Of a stretch of DNA of 24,000 nt, positions 1 through 9,234 are shown piece after piece. The notes below the pieces were generated by a model, which worked only from the letters and a program-made list of their open reading frames with translations, ran no database searches and was not told the origin of the DNA. The DNA is from an uncultured Pelosinus sp. (GTDB lineage Bacteria; Bacillota; Negativicutes; DSM-13327), in the NCBI GenBank assembly GCA_963526485.1, contig CAURNS010000006.1, positions 179,863-203,862 on the forward strand. Reading direction: 5' to 3'. The first letter of the stretch is position 1. The number at the start of each line of letters is the position of its first letter. The position numbers and the translations under genes are program-made.

Positions 1-1852
1 GAGATTTTCTGCCTGCACCGATCGCATGACGCGAAAGTATGGTAAGTAATTGATAGGCCTTTTCACTGTTGCAGTGAGTATCGAGATATATCAACTCCTG
101 ATCAAAATCGGAAAGGTTATCCAAAATATAAGCAGGCAGATTGTAACTATCGACAGTATCGTTGGCTGTCAAGGAAATATAAGCTACGGTGTTGTCTAAC
201 TCTCTGATATTGCCTGGCCATTTGTATTTCAACAACAAATTTTCGGCTTCATGAGTCAGTTCGATTTGTTTATTATGACTTTGTTTCATCAATAAGTGAA
301 ATAAATGGATGATATCTTCCGGACGTTCCCGCAGCGACGGAATAACGATAGGGAGAACATTTAAGCGATAGAATAAGTCCTGACGAAAAGAACCTTTTTG
401 AATTTCAATCTGCAGGTCTTTATTCGTTGCCGCGATCACTCTTAAGTCTACGTTTATCACTCCTTGAGAGCCTACACGCATAATTTGGCGTTCCTGGAGT
501 ACTCTCAGCAAACGTACCTGCACTGACAAAGGCATGTCCCCTACTTCGTCCAAAAAAATAGTGCCATGATTAGCCTGTTCGAATAAGCCACTTTTGCCTT
601 CTTTGATCGCCCCTGTAAAGGAACCAGCATCATAACCGAAAAGTTCACTTTCCAATAAGTTTTCCGGAAAGGATGCACAATTGATTGCAACAAACGGATA
701 GATAGACCGGGGAGAAGCATCATGAATCGCATGAGCGATAAGTTCTTTGCCCGTGCCGCTCTCTCCTGTGATTAAAACGGTAAGGTTTGTTGGGGCAAGC
801 CGTTTGGCAAAATTAACGCAATCTTTCATTTTGGCTGAATTGGTTTGAATGCTTGCAAAAGTATAACGGGTCACCAGTCCATTTTCACGAAGTTTTTTTG
901 ACAGACTTTTTTCTAAATGACGAATATGGGTTACTTCCTGAAAGTCATAGTATATGCCAGCAAGTTCGCCGAAATGCTCAATTTGCTTGCTGCTCACCAG
1001 TAAGGAGCGGCCCTTGAATTCAATTAATTCATCAATGCACGTATTGCAACTTGCATCATGAAGTAATGCACCAGGAATTACCTGGGAAAAATGCCTGCCA
1101 ACACAACTGTCACTGATTTCAAATATCTGGCTGAATTTCTTATTATACAGCAAAATGAAATGGTCCTTATCGGTTAATAAAATTCCATCGTGAGAAAGGT
1201 TAACAATCGTATCAAGCTGAATGTTTTTCATAAATAACTCTTTATACTGGCTTTTGATACCAATGTCCATCGTGACGATAGTGTCTGAATATTTAATCAG
1301 GCGTCTGCTTGTTTCTTGTGTATCAATATTAAAATAGTTGGAAATTGATAAAAAGGTTGAAATATCAATACAACGATGACCTACGTCAATCACGGTTTTA
1401 ATGTGGGCCGGAACTTTATCTGCTTCTCCTGGAGTAATCGCAATGTTAATGTCAGGATATTCTGTTTTACGGTCATAAGGGATCAGGTTCAGGTGCGTAA
1501 TACCAATCTGGTACAAAAAAGCTACCACTTCGCTGGTTGTTTCCGGTAGATCATTGACCACCAATACATTCGTACCTTTTGGAATTGCCGTAATCTTATA
1601 GACCTCACTATTGGGCAGGGTACGACGCAGCACAATAATACGGCTGGTACTGGAAATATAGTTTTGGGCTTTCATGGCATGACTCTGTGCTGTAACGACA
1701 ACTATATCATCATTGATTCTGTCGCCTGGATTAAAACAGGATAAATAATACTTATTGATCTTCACATAACCAGCAAATACTTTTTCTAAGTTGCTTTGAA
1801 TAAAACCGCTAAGGTTGGATGGAATGGATGTAAGGATGCCAATTGTTTTCAT
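1..1852 (-). CDS. sigma-54-dependent transcriptional activator (bacterial enhancer-binding protein); C-terminus runs off the left edge
   Basis: Absent from the supplied ORF track because there is no stop in the window. My reverse-complement translation from the ATG at 1852 stays open for 617 codons to position 1 ([17 protein letters not shown]...). It contains Walker [20 protein letters not shown] (about 721-780), [15 protein letters not shown] (GAFTGA-type sigma-54 contact loop, about 601-660), Walker [27 protein letters not shown] and [13 protein letters not shown]. Upstream of these are a PAS-like segment ([22 protein letters not shown]) and an N-terminal sensor region of about 200 aa from an unrecognised family. 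Confidence 0.9.
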   Translation of the reverse strand, partial: MKTIGILTSIPSNLSGFIQSNLEKVFAGYVKINKYYLSCFNPGDRINDDIVVVTAQSHAMKAQNYISSTSRIIVLRRTLPNSEVYKITAIPKGTNVLVVNDLPETTSEVVAFLYQIGITHLNLIPYDRKTEYPDINIAITPGEADKVPAHIKTVIDVGHRCIDISTFLSISNYFNIDTQETSRRLIKYSDTIVTMDIGIKSQYKELFMKNIQLDTIVNLSHDGILLTDKDHFILLYNKKFSQIFEISDSCVGRHFSQVIPGALLHDASCNTCIDELIEFKGRSLLVSSKQIEHFGELAGIYYDFQEVTHIRHLEKSLSKKLRENGLVTRYTFASIQTNSAKMKDCVNFAKRLAPTNLTVLITGESGTGKELIAHAIHDASPRSIYPFVAINCASFPENLLESELFGYDAGSFTGAIKEGKSGLFEQANHGTIFLDEVGDMPLSVQVRLLRVLQERQIMRVGSQGVINVDLRVIAATNKDLQIEIQKGSFRQDLFYRLNVLPIVIPSLRERPEDIIHLFHLLMKQSHNKQIELTHEAENLLLKYKWPGNIRELDNTVAYISLTANDTVDSYNLPAYILDNLSDFDQELIYLDTHCNSEKAYQLLTILSRHAIGAGRKS

Positions 1853-2091
1853 TTTTGTTAATCCTCTTTCTGCTCTCAGCTAATATCCATTATTCAATTT
1901 ATCTAAAAGAAAATTTACTTATTTAACCAACTTTTATTTTACCACAAATTGACAATCTCATGGAATCAATTTATTTAAAGAACGAATGATCATTTTTTCC
2001 ACATAGCGTAATTGGGATCGTAAATAGGTTTCTACATCTTCCTATTTATCCTATTCTTTAATGCTGATTCCCTTAATTAAGCTTATTTTGA

Positions 2092-2131
2092 ATAGCCGGC
2101 AAGCGCCATGCTTGCCGGCTATAATTTTTTT
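2092..2131 (+). terminator. GC-rich perfect hairpin followed by a T7 run (intrinsic-terminator-like); no upstream plus-strand gene
   Basis: ATAGCCGGCAAGC (2092-2104), loop GCCAT, GCTTGCCGGCTAT (2110-2122), then AATTTTTTTA (T run 2125-2131). This is a 13-bp perfect stem. The structure is clear but its function is uncertain (see findings). Confidence 0.55.
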
Positions 2132-2203
2132 AATGACTTGAAGTATTTGAATACAAGCTTTCAGCTCATGATCTTCTATATTTTTCCATAATGAAATTTT
2201 ATC

Positions 2204-2219
2204 TGGCACACTATTTGCA
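2204..2219 (+). promoter_or_regulatory. sigma-54 (-24/-12) promoter
   Basis: TGGCAC (2204-2209), ACTAT, TTGCA (2215-2219) matches the consensus TGGCAC-N5-TTGCW exactly. It lies about 100 nt upstream of the OPT start and is divergent from the EBP gene. Confidence 0.8.
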
Positions 2220-2322
2220 TATTTAGGTTATGCCGAAAGCGAAGTGTACGATTTCTTCATGCCGTCATGGCTGCTCGTGCAATAGTAGATACACTCGCAT
2301 TATCAAAAAGAGGAGGAATAGT

Positions 2323-4290
2323 ATGTCGGAAAATCAAACTAACGTTATCCCACCTGAGCCACCCATGTCACCTCATAAAGACTATCAGGAAATCAATTCT
2401 TATGTTGTATTTTGGGGACTATTTTATGCTGCTATATTTGCTTTAGCCGTTGGCTATCTTTGCTTGAAGATAGGCCAGACCGTTGACGCATTTGCTCCGG
2501 TTTCAGTCATGGCCATGGGCATGGCTGTCATGCTGAAACGTAAAAATGCGTTTCCGGAGAACGTCCACATTCAGGCTATCGCCAGTGCGGGCACTAACGG
2601 TATTGGCGGTGCCATGTTTATCCTGCCTGCCTTTTATATTCTGGGGAATAACAGCATGAGCTATTTTCAGATGACCGTGCCAATTATCCTTGGCGGTCTC
2701 CTGGGCGTTCTTATTGCCGCCATATTCCGCCGCTACTTTTGTGAAGAAATGCACCATGCCTATCCCTTTCCAGCCGGACGGGCAGCTGCAGAAGTTTTAA
2801 CTTCCGGTGAAGGCAGTAAAGCAAAACTCATGTTATTCAGCGGAGCTATCGCTCTAATTTATGATTTTATCCTGAATAGCTTGGGATGGTGGCAAGAAGT
2901 GATTGCCAGCACTACTTTTAGCTGGGGACAACAATTAGCAGACAAAGCCAAGCTGACCTTCAGTCTGGACAATGAATCCGCACTTCTCGGTATTGGTTTT
3001 TTCACGGGCTTGCGCTATGCCGCGATCATTACGGCTGGTTCTTTCTTTGCTTGGTTCGTGTGTGTTCCTGTCATTTATTACTTGGCAGGAGACCATCACA
3101 TGCTGGTAAACGGCAAGGATATCCTGCTGGCCAATGCCCCCATCAGTGCAGTATTTCGTGAGTATGTACGCCATATTGGTATTGGTATGCTGGCCATGGC
3201 TGGTATCATTGGACTGTTATCGATGTCCAAAGTTGTATCAAATGTAGTAAAGACTGTTATTACCGGCTTGCTTACAAGAAGCAGCGATATGCAGCAGTCC
3301 TTACAGCGTACCCAAAAAGATATTCCCATGCCCCTCATTGTTAGCGGCATTGTTGTTATCATGTTGTTATTCACATTATTCTTCCATGTCTTTTTGTCTC
3401 AGAATATCCTGCAAACACTGCTCGCCTTAGTGATTGTTTTAGTTTTCTCCTTCCTGTTCTCTGTTGTCGGTATAAGTTCCATTGCCTTTACTGGTAATGA
3501 ACCGGTTTCCGGCATGACGATTTTCATGATTATCGTGTCTGCGGTAATCTTAGGCAGTACTGGAATGCATGGCGATTTAGGAATTACAGCCATCTTGATG
3601 ATGGCAGCGTTTCTTTGCACCACGTTAGGTGTGGCGGGCAACTTCATGTCAGAACTTAAAGTGGCTCATCTGCTGGGAGCAACGCCACGCAAAATGCAGC
3701 AGTGGCAATTGGTTTCTACAGCCTTGACTGCTGTTTTGTCCATAGGAGTCATCTTACTGCTCAACCAAGCTTATGGCTTTGTCGGTCAGGGAGCACTGCC
3801 TGCACCTCAGGCGAATGCCATGGCAGCCATTATTAAACCTCTGATGGAAGGAGGAGCCGCTCACTGGCCGCTTTATATGGCAGGTGGTTTCTTTGCCATC
3901 ATTCTTTGGATGATTAAGGTTCCACCTTTGGCTTTTGCTCTGGGTGCATATTTACCAATGGAAATTAATTTGCCCCTTTTAGTTGGTGGTCTGATTTCTC
4001 ATTTCGTTTCTCACAGCAGTAAAGATGATGTGCTAAATGCGTTACGTCTCAACAAAGGTGAAACGATCGCCTCTGGCTTCATTGCCGGCGGTGCCATTGG
4101 CAGCTTGCTGAGTGCTGTATTGCGTATCATGGGTTTCAACTTCTTCCTGGAAGAATGGGTAGAGACACCTGCTGCTACCTATCTGGGTGTTCTGTTTTAT
4201 CTGCTGCTTTGCGCCTTACTCTATAATAAAGCCATAAATGCCAAATCTACGCTTAACGATAGCAGTTTAGGAAAATCAGTAAACAGTTGA
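2323..4290 (+). CDS. OPT-family oligopeptide transporter (integral membrane protein)
   Basis: The ORF is 2230-4290. I prefer the ATG at 2323 (MSENQTNV...) because AGGAGG at 2311-2316 lies 6 nt upstream, and the sigma-54 promoter puts the transcript start near 2230. The protein is polytopic and hydrophobic, with OPT-like motifs (YLCLKIGQTVDAFAPVSVMAMGMAV, ENVHIQAIASAGTNGIGGAMFILPAFY). Confidence 0.85.
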   Translation: MSENQTNVIPPEPPMSPHKDYQEINSYVVFWGLFYAAIFALAVGYLCLKIGQTVDAFAPVSVMAMGMAVMLKRKNAFPENVHIQAIASAGTNGIGGAMFILPAFYILGNNSMSYFQMTVPIILGGLLGVLIAAIFRRYFCEEMHHAYPFPAGRAAAEVLTSGEGSKAKLMLFSGAIALIYDFILNSLGWWQEVIASTTFSWGQQLADKAKLTFSLDNESALLGIGFFTGLRYAAIITAGSFFAWFVCVPVIYYLAGDHHMLVNGKDILLANAPISAVFREYVRHIGIGMLAMAGIIGLLSMSKVVSNVVKTVITGLLTRSSDMQQSLQRTQKDIPMPLIVSGIVVIMLLFTLFFHVFLSQNILQTLLALVIVLVFSFLFSVVGISSIAFTGNEPVSGMTIFMIIVSAVILGSTGMHGDLGITAILMMAAFLCTTLGVAGNFMSELKVAHLLGATPRKMQQWQLVSTALTAVLSIGVILLLNQAYGFVGQGALPAPQANAMAAIIKPLMEGGAAHWPLYMAGGFFAIILWMIKVPPLAFALGAYLPMEINLPLLVGGLISHFVSHSSKDDVLNALRLNKGETIASGFIAGGAIGSLLSAVLRIMGFNFFLEEWVETPAATYLGVLFYLLLCALLYNKAINAKSTLNDSSLGKSVNS

Positions 4291-4332
4291 GATACACGAA
4301 GACAATTTACAAAAAACGAGGGGGCATATCGA

Positions 4333-5445
4333 TTGGATCCAAGAGTTCGGAAATTGGCTAAAAATCTAATTGGTTATTCTACGAATCTGCAAAAAGGTGA
4401 GAAAATCTTAATTGAGATGTTTGATGATGCACTGCCATTGGCTAAGGCTTTAGTAGAAGAAACGTATCGGGTCGGAGCCATTCCTTTTGTTACCGTAAAA
4501 AATAACAAGATTCTTCGCCAGCTAATAAAAGATGCTGGCATTGAACAACTGAAAATGATTGCCCAATGGGAAGCAGCACGTATGAGCAGTATGGATGCTT
4601 ATATCGCGATCAGGGCTGCTGAAAACATTAGCGAATGGTCTGATATTTCCTCGGAACAAATACAGCAATACCAGCAATATTGGAATAAACCTGTACATAT
4701 GGATATTCGTGTTCCCAAAACAAAATGGTGCGTTCTGCGCTATCCAAACAACTCCATGGCTCAATTGGCAAATACAAGTTCAGAAGCCTTTGAGGATTTC
4801 TATTTCAATGTATGTAATCTGGACTATGGAAAAATGGCTAAAGCGATGGATCCTCTGATTGAATTAATGCAGATCACAGATAAAGTTCACATCATAGGCC
4901 CGGGTACAGATCTTACTTTTTCGATACAATCCATTCCAGCGGTAAAATGTTCCGGCAGCATGAATATTCCTGACGGTGAAATATATACTGCACCCGTTAA
5001 AAATTCAGTAAATGGTCGCCTTACGTATAATACCCCTTCTATTCAGGGTGGTGTTACTTATGAAAATGTCCATTTTGAGTTTACTAATGGAAAAATTACT
5101 AATGCCACTGCCAATGATACAGTCAAGCTCACTAAACTTTTAGATACGGACGAAGGTGCCCGTTACATCGGCGAATTTGCCTTAGGTGTAAACCCCTATA
5201 TTACGACACCAATGAAAGATACTCTATTTGATGAAAAGATCAAAGGCAGTTTTCATTTCACTCCGGGTAATGCTTATGACAACGCCTTTAATGGCAATCG
5301 ATCTGCTATACATTGGGATCTGGTATGCATCCAAACCCCGGAATACGGCGGCGGGGAAATATGGTTTGATAATCGCCTGATCCGTAAAGATGGCCGTTTC
5401 GTCATCCCTGAACTTCTGGGGCTAAATCCAGAGAATTTATTGTGA
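4333..5445 (+). CDS. ampS: aminopeptidase, M29 (AmpS/PepS thermophilic metalloprotease) family
   Basis: TTG start with GAGGGGG 8 nt upstream. The N-terminus MDPRVRKLAKNLIGYSTNLQKGEKILIE and the motifs PDGEIYTAP, GEFALGVNP and FDEKIKGSFHFTPG are typical of M29 aminopeptidases. It starts 42 nt after the OPT gene with no hairpin between them. Confidence 0.85.
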   Translation: MDPRVRKLAKNLIGYSTNLQKGEKILIEMFDDALPLAKALVEETYRVGAIPFVTVKNNKILRQLIKDAGIEQLKMIAQWEAARMSSMDAYIAIRAAENISEWSDISSEQIQQYQQYWNKPVHMDIRVPKTKWCVLRYPNNSMAQLANTSSEAFEDFYFNVCNLDYGKMAKAMDPLIELMQITDKVHIIGPGTDLTFSIQSIPAVKCSGSMNIPDGEIYTAPVKNSVNGRLTYNTPSIQGGVTYENVHFEFTNGKITNATANDTVKLTKLLDTDEGARYIGEFALGVNPYITTPMKDTLFDEKIKGSFHFTPGNAYDNAFNGNRSAIHWDLVCIQTPEYGGGEIWFDNRLIRKDGRFVIPELLGLNPENLL

Positions 5446-5512
5446 TGTTTCCAACTTGAACAAGGCAAATGTATTAATAAAAAAATTAGAACATTCAAGG
5501 AGCGTGTGTCAT

Positions 5513-6880
5513 ATGAGAAAGAAATTACTTAAAACTTTGATCCTGGGATCTTTATTGAGCCTGTCAACAACGGCTTTTGCTGCTAATCCTTTTGAACTTG
5601 TCCCAACGACGAACTGGACTTATGATGCAATCGGCAGCCTGGTGCAAGGCGGTGTCTTTGAAGGTTACAGAGATATTAATTTCAGCAAGAATCAAACCTT
5701 TACCCGCTACGAACTGGCTACTTTTGTTGGTAAAGCATTAGCTAATGAAAATAAGGCAAATGCTGAGCAAAAAGCCACAATTGATAAATTAGCAGTAGAA
5801 TTCAAAAGTGAGCTTGCAAACCTGGGAGTGTATACCACTGCCACCGCTCCTGCAACTCCTATAACACCAGCCTCTGCGGCTGCAGCAAATACAGCCGGCA
5901 CTGCTCCTGCAGCCGATCCGGTTCATGTCAGCGGTAATTTTAAGTATGAATACCGCAGCAACCAGGATAAAAATTTCGGTGTAACGAATTATGGAAACCG
6001 TTTTTTATATGGTATCAATCTTGATTGGAAAGTTGATGATTCTACAGCCTTCTTTGGCCGTGTTGCCGGTGAAATCAGCCAGCTGGGTAATACCACCCAC
6101 AATGGCAGTCCAAATGATTTTAAGCTGGATGAATTCGGGGTAAAAGTCACGAAGGATGGCTGGAATTATTCAATTGGTCGTCAAGGTGTTCAACTTGGTC
6201 AGGGCGGTGTATTGTATTCCGGTGTGGATTGGGCTTCTCCACTGACCTATTTCGACGGCGTTGTCGTTACCAATAAGTTGGGTAAAGTTGACCTTAAGGC
6301 TATTGCCGGTCGAACTAGTGCTATTACTGAAGCTGATGTTGCTCTTGTGGGTGGTGCCCCTAGTGATCCTACGCAAAAATGGTATGGTATTGACTTGAGT
6401 CAAGATATTAACAAAGACGTCAACGTTGGTGTTGTTTTTGCAAACAGAAAGGCCGCCCCGAATGCCCATGCCGCCACCCTTACGAACCCTAACGATGGCT
6501 CTACCTACTGGAGTGCTTATACAACGGTTAAAGGCGGCAATGTCACCTGGACCGGTGAATATGTTAAATCCAACGCCGCCACTGAAAACAAAGCTTATGA
6601 CGTAAGCGCCACCTACAAATTTGACGATAAAAATCGTGTTACAGTCCAATACAATCACGTGCAACAAAATGCAACCGATTGGGATAACGCCCTGATTGGC
6701 GGAGAATATTTCCCTAACTACTCTGCTTTTTACAATGGCTACAAAGGAGAATATTACAATTATCACCACACCTTCACCAAAGCCTTTAGTTTTAATGCAG
6801 ACTACTACGCTCTCAAACCACTGTATGATGCTAAGGCAACGGATGGCGAGTTTGATTTCAATTTGAGATGGCATTTCTAA
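5513..6880 (+). CDS. SLH-domain outer-membrane porin (OmpM-like)
   Basis: I prefer the ATG at 5513 (AAGGAG at 5497-5502), giving signal peptide MRKKLLKTLILGSLLSLSTTAFA|AN. It is followed by an SLH domain (NPFELVPTTNWTYDAIGSLVQGGVFEGYRDINFSKNQTFTRYELATFVGKAL), a short coiled-coil-like stretch, and an Ala/Pro/Thr linker (5834-5920). The rest is a Gly/Tyr/Asn-rich region of alternating beta-strand character ending in ...NLRWHF (aromatic C-terminal OMP signature). Confidence 0.8.
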   Translation: MRKKLLKTLILGSLLSLSTTAFAANPFELVPTTNWTYDAIGSLVQGGVFEGYRDINFSKNQTFTRYELATFVGKALANENKANAEQKATIDKLAVEFKSELANLGVYTTATAPATPITPASAAAANTAGTAPAADPVHVSGNFKYEYRSNQDKNFGVTNYGNRFLYGINLDWKVDDSTAFFGRVAGEISQLGNTTHNGSPNDFKLDEFGVKVTKDGWNYSIGRQGVQLGQGGVLYSGVDWASPLTYFDGVVVTNKLGKVDLKAIAGRTSAITEADVALVGGAPSDPTQKWYGIDLSQDINKDVNVGVVFANRKAAPNAHAATLTNPNDGSTYWSAYTTVKGGNVTWTGEYVKSNAATENKAYDVSATYKFDDKNRVTVQYNHVQQNATDWDNALIGGEYFPNYSAFYNGYKGEYYNYHHTFTKAFSFNADYYALKPLYDAKATDGEFDFNLRWHF

Positions 6881-6915
6881 GAAAGTTAAAGACTAGTAAC
6901 CTTCTCTCATAAAGA

Positions 6916-6949
6916 AATCCCCCTTTGGATGAAAGTCCAGAGGGGGATT
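6916..6949. terminator. hairpin between convergent porin and C-S lyase genes (probable bidirectional terminator)
   Basis: AATCCCCCT (6916-6924) pairs with AGGGGGATT (6941-6949), a 9-bp G/C-rich stem with a 16-nt loop. The minus-strand tail is TCTTTAT. The plus-strand tail CTTCT is poor. Confidence 0.5.
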
Positions 6950-6952
6950 CTT

Positions 6953-8137
6953 CTATCTTCCATAGTACTGCAAAGTTTCTTCCATTCTTTTTAGTGCTTC
7001 CAGCACTTTATCTTGCTGAGTACCCAGGTTCACTCTTATATATCCGTCTCCATCCTTTACAAAGTGAGCTCCATTTTCAACTAATACGCCTGCCTTTAAC
7101 GCCAGAATACTTGTAATCTCTTCGGAGGTGAGTCCCGTTTCTTTTATATTTACCCATGCCAAATAGGATGCTTCCATTTTCATTACGTGGAGCTTGGGGA
7201 TTCGCTTTTCCAGATAAGATTGAAAAAGCTCATAATTTCTTTTTATATATGCGTTTACTGCTGAAAGCCATGGTTTACATTGCTCATAGGCCGTAATTAC
7301 GCCAATAATACCAAAAATGTTCGGGGAAGTGATGGAATTCTGTGTTAGTCTTTTTCTAAAACGATTCCTTAGCTGTTCATCGGGTATAATGGAGTAAGAT
7401 GTTTTTAATCCACCTAAATTAAACCCTTTATTGGGAGAGGTTACTAATATTAGATTTTCATAGCTTTCCTTTAGCTTCAAGACAGAATGAAATTCTCCCT
7501 CTACTATATGTTCTCCATGTACTTCATCCGAAATTACTATGGTGTTATTCTCTCGGCATAACCTTACCACTTCTGTTATTTCTTCTAAACTCCAAATCCG
7601 TCCTGACGGATTGTGAGGAGAGCAGAATAAATATAATTTTGGTTTATATGTTTCTAATTGTAATTTCAAGTTTTCAAAATCTATATAATAGCGCCCTGCT
7701 ACTCGCTTTAAACTATTATAGACTCTCTTTACGTCTTGCTTTTGTGCTGCGCTGTCAAAGGGATTATAAACAGGAGTACTCATTAAAACACAGTCTCCAC
7801 TTTTGCAAAAGGCCTGTATTAAATAGTGGATGGTGGATACGGTTCCATAAGATAATGTTATCCAATCCTTTTCAATTGTCACATGGTGCATATCATATTG
7901 CCATTTGGTCACTGCTTCATAAAATTCTTCATAGCAATAGGTATAACCCAGTACACCCCTAGAGATGGCTTTTTGAAAAGCTTGTGCCAGTTCCGGTGGT
8001 ATTTTAAAATCCATATCAGCAATCCACATGGATATAAAATTTTCTGGCACTGCACCAAAATTTTTTTCTATTATACTTCGGTCCCACTTTCTGGATTTTT
8101 CACTGATTCGATCCGTAACTTCATCAAAATTATACAT
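6953..8137 (-). CDS. PLP-dependent C-S lyase / cystathionine beta-lyase, MalY/PatB family (class I/II aminotransferase fold)
   Basis: 394 aa. The N-terminus MYNFDEVTDRISEKSRKWDRS...MWIADMDFKIPPEL is typical of MalY/PatB. The PLP-lysine motif is SPNKGFNLGGLK. GGAGGGAG immediately follows the stop of the upstream peptidase gene, with a 10-nt gap. Confidence 0.85.
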   Translation of the reverse strand: MYNFDEVTDRISEKSRKWDRSIIEKNFGAVPENFISMWIADMDFKIPPELAQAFQKAISRGVLGYTYCYEEFYEAVTKWQYDMHHVTIEKDWITLSYGTVSTIHYLIQAFCKSGDCVLMSTPVYNPFDSAAQKQDVKRVYNSLKRVAGRYYIDFENLKLQLETYKPKLYLFCSPHNPSGRIWSLEEITEVVRLCRENNTIVISDEVHGEHIVEGEFHSVLKLKESYENLILVTSPNKGFNLGGLKTSYSIIPDEQLRNRFRKRLTQNSITSPNIFGIIGVITAYEQCKPWLSAVNAYIKRNYELFQSYLEKRIPKLHVMKMEASYLAWVNIKETGLTSEEITSILALKAGVLVENGAHFVKDGDGYIRVNLGTQQDKVLEALKRMEETLQYYGR

Positions 8138-8147
8138 TCTCTCCCTC

Positions 8148-9218
8148 CTAGATCACAACTAGCTCTCTTGTACTATTGGTAAGCGGACAGCAGCCATCCC
8201 CTGTAATTAGAATATCATCTTCTATTCTTACTCCGCCGATATTGGGAATATAGATCCCCGGCTCAATTGTAATTACCATGCCTTCTCTTAACATTTCGGC
8301 ACTGCCTGGCGCAATGGCCGGGAATTCATGCACCTGAATTCCCAGACCATGTCCCAAATTATGTCCGAAATAATCTCCATAACCACTTTCTGCAATGATT
8401 TTACGAGCAGCATCGTCCAATTCTCCCACGGTAAGATTCGGTTTTGCTTTTCGCATTGCTTCTTCTCCTGCAGCTTTTACAATCCCATAAACATGGGAAA
8501 GTTCTGTTGTACATGGCCCCAAGGAGATGGTTCTCGTAATATCAGAGCAATAGTTATTATAACGTACACCAAAATCCAGTGTGATAAGTTCCCCTTGCTG
8601 GATGATTTTGTCACTGGCCTTCCCATGGGGTAATGCGCCTCTTAGCCCTGAAGCTACAATGCAGTCGAAGGATTCTTTTTGTCCGCCTTGTTCTTTCATG
8701 AACCTGACTAACTCGTTCTCCACGTTTTTTTCACTCATACCTGCTTTAATATAGGAACAAATATGTTCAAACGTTGCATCGGCAATGGTACACGCTTTTT
8801 TGATCATTTCTGTTTCCGTCTCGTCTTTACTGCAGCGAATCTTGGATAAATCCATAGAATATAAATTACAGTTTACACTCTCTTGCAAAGAGCGATAAAA
8901 TTCATACGAAATCTCTTTTCCTTCAAAGCCAATTCTGTGTAATCCTTCTGCTGCTATGATTGAATGTAAGCGTTTCTCAACTGTATTTTCTCTGGAAAGC
9001 AGCACCACTTCATATTCTTTATTCTTATTCTTTATTTCTTCGAAATATCTAAAGTCCACTAGCATATATTGGTTATTCTTTGTTATTACAATATATCCAG
9101 AACTGCTAAAAAGCTCTCCAAGATAAAACTTATTATGAGGACTGCTTACTAGGATACCATCTAGCTCTTTTATTGCGATAAGCTTCCTCAATTCCGCAAT
9201 TCTTCTGCTGTAATTCAT
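8148..9218 (-). CDS. M24-family Xaa-Pro aminopeptidase/dipeptidase (PepP/PepQ/YpdF-like)
   Basis: The track ORF is 8148-9233 with a TTG start. I prefer the ATG at 9218 (MNYSRRIAEL...), which has GAGGAGAG upstream. Pita-bread-fold metal ligand motifs are present: LITLDFGVRYNNYCSDITRT, HNLGHGLGIQVHEFP, ITIEPGIY and VRIEDD. Confidence 0.85.
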   Translation of the reverse strand: MNYSRRIAELRKLIAIKELDGILVSSPHNKFYLGELFSSSGYIVITKNNQYMLVDFRYFEEIKNKNKEYEVVLLSRENTVEKRLHSIIAAEGLHRIGFEGKEISYEFYRSLQESVNCNLYSMDLSKIRCSKDETETEMIKKACTIADATFEHICSYIKAGMSEKNVENELVRFMKEQGGQKESFDCIVASGLRGALPHGKASDKIIQQGELITLDFGVRYNNYCSDITRTISLGPCTTELSHVYGIVKAAGEEAMRKAKPNLTVGELDDAARKIIAESGYGDYFGHNLGHGLGIQVHEFPAIAPGSAEMLREGMVITIEPGIYIPNIGGVRIEDDILITGDGCCPLTNSTRELVVI

Positions 9219-9234
9219 TGTCTCTCTCCTCAAT

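Noticed and set aside
541-732. 63-aa minus-strand ORF from the track
   Set aside because: It lies inside the EBP gene in a different reading frame. The EBP frame carries unmistakable AAA+ motifs across the same bases.
2230-2322. Cys-rich N-terminal extension of the OPT ORF (MPKAKCTISSCRHGCSCNSRYTRIIKKRRNS) from the ATG at 2230
   Set aside because: The sigma-54 promoter at 2204-2219 puts the transcript start at about 2230, leaving no room for a ribosome-binding site. A strong AGGAGG precedes the in-frame ATG at 2323. The segment is more likely 5' leader, possibly structured: GCGAAGTGTA at 2240-2249 can pair with TACACTCGC at 2290-2298.
6170-6874. 234-aa antisense ORF inside the porin gene. 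Similar antisense ORFs occur at 2503-3647, 7639-8182, 12018-12919, 13416-14321, 15293-16012, 17516-18145 and 19299-20685.
   Set aside because: These are shadow ORFs opposite genes with strong family motifs. They lack ribosome-binding sites, have low-complexity or odd composition, and carry no recognisable motifs.
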